In this document: positions 10,201-20,114 of the stretch, piece after piece | Position numbering within the stretch: position 1 is the first letter of the stretch | Layout: the number at the start of each line of letters is the position of its first letter | From: Ginkgo biloba | Taxonomy: Eukaryota > Plantae > Ginkgophyta | Assembly: GCA_024626585.2 (NCBI GenBank) | Contig: JANKJI020000002.1 | Location: 159,343,453-159,368,331 of the forward strand | Direction of reading: 5' to 3' | Length of the DNA stretch: 24,879 nt | Position numbers and translations under genes: made by a program | Notes under the pieces: model-generated | What the model was told of the DNA's origin: nothing | What the model saw: only the letters and a program-made list of their open reading frames with translations | Databases searched by the model: none

Positions 10201-11979
10201 GTTGTCTGAAAATAGAAATATAAATGACATTGATTAAAGACCTGGGGTCTATAACACATCGTTGCACTATCAATTCACCTATATCAACTTTAATTAAGAA
10301 CGAACAAGCTAAACTAGCATTGCTATAGTTCTAAAAGCAAGACTTGGGTAGGATCGTACATGAAAACATCACATCTAAAATTCATAATAGACATAGATAG
10401 AATTGTAAGAAAGGTGGCCCTTTGTTTTGGACAACTTTTATGTACATCCATCAAATGCATTCCTGAAGAGATTGAATGCAATTCATCAATAAGACAATAA
10501 TTCTTCCCTCCAATGATTTGGGGAAGAGGATGTCAAAAATTAAATCTAATAGGTCATGATGGAAATGGTTTATCTATTATTGGTTTAGATGTAATATTAT
10601 GTAATTCATGTGTGTTTTCCTTAAAATATTGAATGTGATTACCGCTTGGTTTGTTATGTCATATTTTCTAGGGAGGTGTCATGTGTTAGAGTTTGACCCA
10701 TATTTTTGTTAGCATGATTATTAGTAAGGTGTGAATAGTAAATAAATGGTTTGCTTCCCTATAGGGTAAACATATGGATTCATGCATGTTAAAAGGAATG
10801 TGTCATGTATGTATTATGAACCTAGAAATATGACAACATTCCCTAGTGGTTCCATTGTAGTATTAGGATTTTTCATAAACCCATTTAAAATCTTAATTGA
10901 TAATAAGTGTTTGCTAAATGTTCGTGTCTGTTTGGCACACTTCATATGTAAAAGTTATTTTTTAAAAATTTGTGTTTGCCAATGTTTTCATAAACCCCTT
11001 CATTTATTTCACAAGGGATAAAAATTTGCTTGTCAATGATATAGTGTGGGAGTTCTTTATGATTGTTCCCTCCCAATTGCTTACTACTTCTTTCAAGATT
11101 CTTGGATATTTGTGGAGGTTTGTGTTTAGTCTAAAAGGATTGAAACATATTATAAAATGTTAGATCCTTAAGTCAAAATTGATTCACAAAATTCTTTATA
11201 TGCATTACAAATTGTAACTATTGAACATACACATTTTCTTTATTGCTAATGATTTATCATGTACTATTGTTGATTAATGTAATCAATGGTTGTTGAAACT
11301 CTTCAAGTGAATATTAAATTCTACAAAGCTAATGGTTTTTTGGGTAGAACATAGTTATTTCCTTTCATAAATATTACTTATTTAAAAAATATCATGTAAT
11401 TGACATTTTGTCTATTTTGAATTTTAGTTATATGGATTTTGTTAGTTTAATGTGTTTATTGTTGTATTTTGCAGATTGGTGGATAAGAATAACAAGATAC
11501 ATGAGGATACNNNNNNNNNNNNNNNNNNNNNNNNNNNNNNNNNNNNNNNNACATTGTGCCTCTATAATCAATATATTTCATATTCATAATATATCGTGTT
11601 TGCATTGTGACAACTATTGACAGTGGTATTGATTTGATCCTATAGTTAAACATGAAAATTTGATATTTATTATTCATGGAAGGGTTTCCTCCATTTTTAC
11701 CAATTTGTGCCTTTTTTTCTCGAAATACCACATAATTATATTCATAAAAAAGAATATATTTATAGTAAGATATCAAAGTGTTGACCATCTTCAATCATAT
11801 TATTAGGAAGGATATTCCTACACTATACATCCTACCTTCGATAACTATTTCTTTGTGTGTATGTTTATCGACTCCAAATTACAAAGTGAACCACCAAAAG
11901 AAAATATTATGTGCACTATGAAAATGGAGTGTTTTGACTTTCCATAACAAGCTTAGGAGAGATTTAATACCTAAAATAT

Positions 11980-12290
11980 TAAGGAATTTCATCCCTACCT
12001 TATAGTTTCACTTGCTATTTAATGTAGACATTCCCTTTGATAAGGGTAAGAGAGTTCTAAATATAACCCACTTTTACATTTAGTTAATGGTTGAAACTAT
12101 AGAGATTCATGCTCTTTCTGAGTGACATTATAGTATACTTTATTGTGAAAAAGTAAAGAATTGTCTATGTTCTTGGATATATACACATCTTTGATCTTGG
12201 GTGAATTTCTTAATCAATATGGTCCTTAGTTAGTTGTGAACATTGTTGCCAATAACAATCCTAAATAATATGTAGGTGGAAGTAAATATA
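11980..12290 (+). pseudogene. Possible highly decayed hAT (DUF659-type) transposase fragment
   Basis: LFNVDIPFDKG (~12015-12047) resembles the F+Y...IPFN.A motif. MFLDIYTSLILGEFLNQYGP*LVVNIVANN (~12167-12256) resembles EE+GP.NVVQ++TDNA. The order is correct but the spacing implies deletions. Confidence 0.3.
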
Positions 12291-12828
12291 AAGTTGTTTT
12301 CAAATAGATAAATATGGTTGAAATTACTATGAAACTTCCATTCAAAAATCCATCTTTTCATCCATCTATATAATCAAGAGTAGCCAACCACAACATATAC
12401 TAGCACTTTGCCCATTTGTAACAACCGCCTCTAAACCTACACACTAAAATAATTTAAAAGATTATAATATACAAGATAATAGAGAGAGATATCTAGCCAT
12501 ACAATGACAAGATATCACACATAACCATTAGAATAAATGATAAGCATTCACCTATATGAAGGTATTTATTTAGGTTAATTTATGGCAGAGCTGTAGAAAA
12601 CAAATATTGGGTTTTGGCCTTAGAGGGAGGACTATTAGTACTAAGGTGGACTTTGTAACATTTGATTCTACCCTATGTTTTTGGATATCCTTACTATATC
12701 AAAAATAAAACCTATGATGGCAACTCAANNNNNNNNNNNNNNNNNNNNNNNNNNNNNNNNNNNNNNNNNNNNNNNNNNNNNNNNNNNNNNNNNNNNNNNN
12801 NNNNNNNNNNNNNNNNNNNNNNNNNNNN

Positions 12829-13936
12829 TGCTAGTGTCGAGTGAGCCATGGACCAACATGTCGATGGACTTCATCGTCGGACTGCCAAACACGCAGAGAG
12901 GACATAACTCAGTGTTCGTCGTGGTTGACAGATTTTCTAAAATGGAACACTTCATTCCATGCAAGAAGACTAGTGATGCACGTAGAGTCGAAGATTTGTT
13001 CTTTGATAAGTGGTTAGGTTGCATGGATTACCAAGGACCATCACTTCCGACCAGGATACTAAATTCTTAAGTCACTTTTGGCAAACATTGTGGAAGAAGT
13101 TGGATACAAAGTTTCCCTGCCATCCGCAAACAAAGGTGGTGAAAAAGTCTCTCAAAAATTTGTTAAGAAGCATAGCTAGAATCAGGCCCAAACAATAGAA
13201 CATGGTGTTAGTGAAGGAAGAGTTTGCATACAAAAATTCTATGACAGGCCTATAGGGTTTTCAACATTTTAAGTGGTGTATGGAAAGGCACTGAAGTTAA
13301 TGGTTGACTTGGTGAAGTTACTGATCGAAGAACAAATAAGTGAAGATGCAAAGTCACTAAAAGAACACTTGAAACAGGTCCATGAGGAGGTAAAACAATA
13401 GTTGGAATAGAGCAGTAGCAGGTACAAGGAGGCAATAGATCAGTCAAGAAGGAATCAAGAATTCGAAGAAGGAGACATGGTGATTGTTTTACCTACAGAA
13501 ATAGAGGTTTCTCAAAGGAGCATATAACAAGTTGAAGTATAAAAAGATTGGGCCATGTTGAATCATGAAGAAAATCAACAAGAATACATATCGATTTGCT
13601 CTGCCTGTTAGGCAAGACATTTTTGCATTGCTTAATGTTGCACATTTGTACAAGTATCAAGAAGGGGATGAGGAGATAGTAGAGGAAATAGGTGACTGAT
13701 AGTGACAAGTTCCATTGAGGAAGAAGGAAGAGACTGCGAAAATATTCGATAAGAAAGTGATCAAGATGAGAAAGCGAAAATATAACATGTACTTGGTGAA
13801 TTGGAGAGAAATGCCATATGAAGATGGTACTTGGATCACAAAGGAAGACTTGAAGAAGTTGGATGAGAAATAATGGAGAGAGTTCAAAGAATACCATGAG
13901 CGGGAGCTCATGTGAATTTTTGCAACTAGGGGAGAA
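12829..13936 (+). mobile_element. Ty3/Gypsy chromovirus (CRM-like) pol 3' end: integrase core, GPY/F module, chromodomain; pseudogenised
   Basis: The relic reads [45 protein letters not shown]...[30 protein letters not shown], then YNKLKYKKIGPC (GPY/F region), then KIFDKKVIKMRKRKYNMYLVNWREMPYEDGTWITKEDL (chromodomain). It has frameshifts and stops. Confidence 0.95.
13928..13936 (+). promoter_or_regulatory. Polypurine tract (PPT)
   Basis: AGGGGAGAA lies at the end of pol, immediately before TGATG. Confidence 0.8.
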
Positions 13937-14211
13937 TGATGCAGCGGCATCCCAAAATAATTGTGCTAAAATAAATCCCTTGCAACAATTTTGGGAACAG
14001 GTGAATCCAATTCGATGAACAGTCTAAGCAACCTCGATGAACGGATTGAATAATGCAGCGAACGGATCGACGAATGGTGAAAACAACCCAACAAACTATA
14101 AAAGACACTCAATGAATGGACCAAAGGGTTGACTAATGGGATAGAAAATGGGACAAACAGTTCAACAAATGACTAGAGTGCTTCAACGAATGGTGTACAA
14201 CCCAATGAATG
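13937..14211 (+). mobile_element. 3' LTR (5' part) of the CRM-like element with internal motif array
   Basis: It starts TGATG, the typical CRM LTR terminus, directly after the PPT. It contains 11 degenerate CGACGAACGG-like motifs at 14013-14211 and is cut by a 100-N gap. Confidence 0.8.
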
Positions 14212-15282
14212 NNNNNNNNNNNNNNNNNNNNNNNNNNNNNNNNNNNNNNNNNNNNNNNNNNNNNNNNNNNNNNNNNNNNNNNNNNNNNNNNNNNNNNNNN
14301 NNNNNNNNNNNCAAATTCAAAACCCTAGGGATTTCCAATGTTTATGCCTTCGACAATGCTTGTGATAGAGACTCCATGTGGCAATGAATTAGGGAAGAAC
14401 TCCCACTAGCTTCTTCGGTTGCGAGTGGAGACTAACATGGTGGAAGGCAAAGAAGACAAGTTAGGAGGCTTCCCTTTCAAATTATAGTGAGATGAAAAAA
14501 TTTCCTAGTTCATATGAAGTCTAGGCTTCATATTTTTTACCCCAATAGACATAGATAATTTTACTCCCATGAAGCCTAGTTTACCTAGTCAAACTTGAGG
14601 CATAAGCATGAAGATTGGATAGGATTATGATCATTAATTATGAATTTTTTAGGATCCATCATGATCAAGGTAGATCTGTCAAAGTCATTAATGATGTTAC
14701 TTTGTTTTATTCCTTCCCTATTTTTTTTTTCAAATTTCCTGTGGAGAAAAGTTAGACTGCCAAGAAGAGCCTCCTCATTTAAAACAAATGCCTTTCATCT
14801 CCAACCTTAGTCCTACTTGGAGAGATTACTAGAATATTCTTTCTTGTCCAATATCCCCTTAGAGGTACTAGGTGGACTAATTGGTGGAACCGAGCCATTA
14901 GTAGAACCACTTCCTTCCTTAAGGGGGCATGGGAAGAAAATAAATTCATTAGAAAATGAGTTGATAAAGAGGTTTTCATAAAGCTCAAGGATTGATCCGA
15001 ATCGAATCTGATGAAGAAGTATAATTATCAGCTTCAATATTCATAGTGGTAGAAGCTAATAATTTCATAAAGCAACCACAATATTGGTATAAAAAATCAT
15101 CCTTGTTTGACGACCGAGTTTGAGACCAAAAATTTTTAGGGTTCCCTTTTAACATTATAGGGGTAATTCCCCTGGAGGGCGTTCAAGTCCTACTACCTGA
15201 GATTGATCATAAGACCTATATTCAATTTAAAATCTTAAAGTTCTATAATTTTTTCCAAGAAAAATGTTGGTCNNNNNNNNNN

Positions 15283-15780
15283 AAAAGAATTTGCCCAAAT
15301 TGCAAGAAAATCCCAGCACAAGAAAATCCCCTATTTTCAAAAAAGCGAAAAATTGCTACAATATGAGAAAATGCCATGCCAGGCACCATAGAGTATCAAA
15401 GTGGCACACAAATCTTCTCACGGCCAAATAATTTCACAAATTCGGCTAAGTCCCGAAGCCTGTGAAAGAAAATCCTAAAATAACGAGAAAATCCTTATTT
15501 TCTAAAAATCAGGAAAATGGCGCGATATAGGCAAATGACATGGCGAGCACCACAGAGTGCCAAAGTGGCTAGACACCCAAAAATCTAAAAAAAAATTCCC
15601 AATTCTCAAAGGAGTTCAAAAATTGGCCAAGTCGTGAAGAAGTCGCAAGAAAATCCTCAAATTGCAAGACAATTCCTAAATCGTGAGAAAATCCCCGTTT
15701 TTTCGAAGTTTAGAATTTGATGCAAAATGGTCAAAATGACGCGTAGATGCACCTAAGAAAACTTGAGCTGCCACATCATC
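15283..15780 (+). repeat. Degenerate tandem array, three ~165-200 bp units with AGAAAATCC sub-repeats
   Basis: AGAAAATCC..(A/G)TTTT anchors occur near 15321, 15486 and 15686. GCACCA(T/C)AGAGT..CAAAGTGGC occurs near 15384 and 15547, with a weaker GCACC at 15749. It is probably part of an LTR-element UTR or a satellite. Confidence 0.75.
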
Positions 15781-16208
15781 CCACTTAAGGAAGTTGAAAT
15801 GAAAATTTTGCAGCTGAATTCAACAATTGCCAATAAAGATGATAAAATCTCTTGAGAGATCAAAAGTGGGGGTTCTTCTTTCTTACTTCTGCTAGGGGTT
15901 CTTCTCTAGTTCTTTTTTAGAGATATACTTCTGTGATTGATATTCTTAGAAGTAGAGGATCCTTCCTTACCAAGTGAAATATTTCTNNNNNNNNNNNNNN
16001 NNNNNNNNNNNNNNNNNNNNNNNNNNNNNNNNNNNNNNNNNNNNNNNNNNNNNNNNNNNNNNNNNNNNNNNNNNNNNNNNNNNNNNNNNNNNNNNNNNNN
16101 NNNNNNNNNNNNNNNNNNNNNNNNNNNNNNNNNNNNNNNNNNNNNNNNNNNNNNNNNNNNNNNNNNNNNNNNNNNNNNNNNNNNNNNNNNNNNNNNNNNN
16201 NNNNNNNN

Positions 16209-18990
16209 TTATTTTAGAGAAAAAAATTAATTTGTTATGAATATGACCACTGCCTATGAATGTGATTTTTGATTGTGCATTATTTGAATTCTTATACTAT
16301 ACACATTCTTGGGATTTGGATCAAGGATTCCCATCATAAGAAAGAAGTTCATCCCTTTGATGAGAATCTTCAAACTAGGCCAACTAAGTTTAATCAAGCC
16401 ACTAGGGTTAGTGAGGGAAGGAGAGAAAAGTGTGCCCAATTGAGGGCCAAATTCCATGGCTCAGTCTAGGGGATATGATCTCCAAGTAGTTTTTCCAAGC
16501 CTGAGAAAAAAGTAAATCTCTAAGAAAATATAGGTGATCAAGACCACCAATGGAAGTGTTACCTCTCCCCTAGAAATTGTAGAATATTTTCATGAAAACT
16601 ATTCCTATCTTTAAATACCAAGGGAAATCAAGAGCTCACACATTATTTTTGTAATATCATTAAAAGTATGACCCCAAGAAGTTTCCCTTGAACATGTTAG
16701 TGCTCATTATGCCCTTTTAAGCATTGAAATAACCACTTCTATTTTAGGGTATATGACCACTAAAAAGTCCCATAGGATTGATGGCTTCCTTTGTGAATTC
16801 TATAAATCCACTTGGGAGTCTACTGGATCCATTTTCATTAAAGTATACAACGAATCCCTACAAAGGTGTCTTTTAGTTCTCTTATCGATCAAGGTAATAT
16901 TAAGATCATTCCTAAACCTAAGGATCTAGATCTTATTAGCAATTGGAAACCAATAACCTTGTTGAATTTTCATTACAAGATTCTTGCTAAAGCCCTTGTA
17001 AAAGTGTTAAATTCTTACTTCAAAAATTGCCATACCAAAGAAAATAAGGTTTAGCAGAGGAAGATATAGTCTAGACAATCTTATAAATGTCTAAGAAGAA
17101 ATAGACGAGGCATAATGGGCATAAAATTATGTTTATGAAAATCAACTTCAAGAAAGCCTATGATAGGATTGAATCAGATTTCATTATATTTTATGATGAA
17201 TGCCCTAAGGCATGCTCCATTCTTTCAAAAGGAGACCAAAACCTTGTTTGTATAAACCTTGGCCTATGCAACCATTAATGGCATCAAGTCTATTCCTTTG
17301 GTGTCTTTAGATCCACAAAGCAAGGTTTCCCTTGAGCTCTTGCCCTGTATGTGTTGGTCATTAATGCTTTGGGTTATTATATCAATCATCACGACTCTTT
17401 TAGCTCCATCTATAAAATCTCCTTATAAGTCACTAGAGTGTAGGAAATAGTTAATGGACACTTTGTTGATGATTCTTTTTTTACCATCCAAGTAGAAGAA
17501 AATGATGTGCCAAAGGCTATCAAATGTATCTAATTTTTTTGTGATACCTTAAGATCTAAAGACCATATGTTGTTTGATTAGTTCCAAGGATACTCCATAT
17601 TGGGTGAAGAAGTTTTCCTAGTCATGGGTCTTCAATAGAGAAATTTCAATTTCCTAGGAATCCCCTTTGGGATTCAAGCCTCCATGAGTGACAAGGGGCA
17701 ATGTGTTGTGGATAGAGTAGGAAAAAAAATATTCCCAATACATCTTTGGACCCTTGAACTTTCCTATCAAGTACCCAATCACCACCAAAATCCTAGTTTC
17801 CACTATGTATGTTAATCCTCTTATCAGATGGCTTCCCTTAATGCTTAGTTAATTAGATCTTTTATTTTAGGTTTTGGTGAGGAAAAAAGAGGTTGCATAG
17901 AGTTATATGGGACATTTGTTGTAAAAACAAAGTCAAAGGAGGCTTGGATATCATTAATCTACAAGATAATCNNNNNNNNNNNNNNNNNNNNNNNNNNNNN
18001 NNNNNNNNNNNNNNNNNNNNNNNNNNNNNNNNNNNNNNNNNNNNNNNNNNNNNNNNNNNNNNNNNNNNNNNNNNNNNNNNNNNNNNNNNNNNNNNNNNNN
18101 NNNNNNNNNNNNNNNNNNNNNNNNNNNNNNNNNNNNNNNNNNNNNNNNNNNNNNNNNNNNNNNNNNNNNTAATTGTTTCAATGGCATCAAGCTTTGGAGA
18201 GGAATCAAAACTCTAATGGATCTCTATGATTTTAGGAGTAATCAATGGAAGTCCTAGGATCTAGTAAGCATTGATTTAAATCTTTACAACCAAGCTAAAA
18301 GTTCCCTTCATAACATTTTGTCAATGTCGCTTGATTATTTTGAGATGAGAGTGATAATCAATCCTCCTGAGGCCTTGTTGAAGGATAGAGCTTGGAATGT
18401 GTCCAAATCCATCTTCAAGATCTCTACTTCTCGCATTTATTATCTACTTCATCCTAATGCCAATCTCATTCGGAGAATAAATTCCAAATGGGGTTGCATA
18501 TGCTTGATCCTATCTAGTATCAAAGACTTGAGAGACTCTAGAAATCCCCATTAGAGCCTAAGAAGGCCTTTATGGCCTAGTTTATGATACACCATGCACT
18601 AACCACCAAAGATAGATTGTTTAAAATGGGTGGCTCAGGTACTAACACCCTCTATGCAGATATACTGAGACCATTATTCATCTCTTTTGGTAGTCTAATA
18701 GGGGAAAACCATTATGGCATTGAGTAAAAGAGTTTTCATCTCCTCTGCTACTTCATACTTTTAGATGGTCAACTACTCTTCTTAGGGATTTAATTCCTTG
18801 GTCTATGAACCTTCATCAAGGTTGTCATATTCTTATAGTGGAGGTCTTATTTTAGATTTGGAAGGCTAGATGCAATTTTACCTTAAACAATGTACCTCCT
18901 TCCTATGTGAATTATAATCATATTAAAGCTCAAGTTGAAAAAGTGCAAGTGGAGATGAATCATCCAATGGACGTGATTGAGTATTGGGAT
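16209..18990 (+). mobile_element. LINE (L1-type) ORF2 pseudogene: linker, reverse transcriptase, zf-RVT region
   Basis: Motifs appear in the expected order: RAKFH..GDMISK.FF; KSHRIDGFLCEFYKSTW; GNIKIIPKPKDLDLISNWKPITLLNFHYKILAKAL; MKINFKKAYDRIE; RSTKQGFP; GHFVDDSF (catalytic FVDD 17462-17473); FLGIPFG; HRVIWDICCKNKVKGGLDIINL; HALTTKDRL...ETIIHLFW; IWKARCNF. There are many stops and frameshifts, and the endonuclease domain is not visible. Confidence 0.92.
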
Positions 18991-19379
18991 TCTATCCTTG
19001 CACTCCTAGTAGAGTGCCCCTTGATAAGGGTGAGGAGTAGCCATCTAGGAGTAGGAGGAGGTGAAGGATCTGAATTAAAGTCCCCAATAGGGGTGATAGG
19101 ACTCCCAATAGACCTTTCCTACCTAGGTCCAAGCCTTAGAGTGGTTGAGGAAAAGATTCCCTCTTTCATCCTAGCCCTCTCTCATCCTAGCTCTCTCTCT
19201 CAATAGAGATAATAAGTGTGAAAATGATGGTTGGAGCAAATTAGGTTGGGATAGTGCTCGAAATGATGGGTCTACCAAGGCTATGCCCCCTATCTAGTTT
19301 GTTTTATGATTAAATTTTTTTGTTATTATTGGGACTCTAATATCCCTATGATTGTGCCAATTATTATTTGCAATAGATT

Positions 19380-20114
19380 TAGACCTTGTTCAATCTGGCA
19401 AACCTCGATAGCGAAATGCAGGGGAAAAAACTAGATATTCTTCTAAGGGCAACCAAGATTTGCCTCAAGACGAAGATTTCGGGCCAAGAGTACCAGAAAA
19501 GGATGCATCGTCATCAAAAGAAGGACACGGCATGAGAAGAAGCTGACATCAAAGCAAAACCACCATAAGACAAGTTAAAACCACCTAAGAAGTGGCAAAA
19601 CCACCTTAGGAAAGGTCAAAACTACCTTTGAAGAAGCCAAACCACCTTAAAAAGGAGTAATACAATCAATCAAACAGTGTTGACTGAGTCAAAAAAACCT
19701 TTATATCGTGGTCAAAGAGTCGAATGATGATGTGGCAATAATAATGATGACATGGAAGTAGTCAAAACAACATTTAAGGAAGTTAAACAACAGTCAAAGG
19801 CAGTCAAACAATAGTCAAAGGCGGTCAAACATTAGTCAAAGGTGGTCAAATTGATAAAAAATACTAAGTACAACTACAATTATCAAGTACAATCATATTT
19901 ATGAGGGTCAACCGACTTAAATAGGATGTACAGTTCATTGGTGATGTCAGTCAACCTTGAAAATTGTGTCAGCCACATTTATTACGCGGTTTGACGCAAC
20001 TAACTTAAAAAATGCATCAGCTGCCATTTATGACGTAGTTTGACTTCGTCAACACTCAACCAACCCTAAAATTTGCATTTATGAGTAATTTATGACTAAA
20101 GGATGGTTTGAACA
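19380..20114 (+). repeat. LTR-like repeat family A, copy 3, with 20-21 bp arrays
   Basis: 19501-19560 aligns with 3640-3700. AAAC(C/T)ACC units occur x5 at 20-21 bp spacing (19555-19650), AATGATGA(T/C)(G/A)TGG x2, and AAACA..AGTCAAAGG..GTC x3 (19785-19850). The left boundary is approximate and the right end is cut by a 100-N gap. Confidence 0.8.

Noticed and set aside
11455-11510. TTTTGCAG acceptor followed by WWIRITR (exon or hAT dimerisation WW motif)
   Set aside because: Only ~36 bp are visible before a gap, nothing continues after it, and it is in the wrong order relative to the hAT-like trace at 12.0-12.3 kb.
13250-14108. Minus-strand ORFs 13250-13447, 13493-13897, 13657-13950, 13926-14108
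   Set aside because: They are antisense to the integrase/chromodomain/LTR and carry no independent motifs.
14318-14330. AAACCCTA telomere-like motifs (also ~20062, 24033)
   Set aside because: These are single telo-box-like copies, common in plant TEs, and not telomeric arrays.
14740-15140. Minus-strand Pro/Ser-rich frames (GSGSTNGSVPPISPPSTS), possible gag N-terminus
   Set aside because: There is no diagnostic motif and the frames are heavily interrupted.
18907-19206. 99-aa ORF after the LINE zf-RVT region
   Set aside because: It is best explained as the LINE ORF2 tail running into low-complexity 3' sequence, with no evidence for a separate gene.
19555-19850. Short regularly spaced repeats resembling a CRISPR array (also 4611-4809, 14013-14211)
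   Set aside because: The units are 20-21 bp tandem and degenerate with no unique 30-40 bp spacers, there are no cas genes, and the context is eukaryotic TE.
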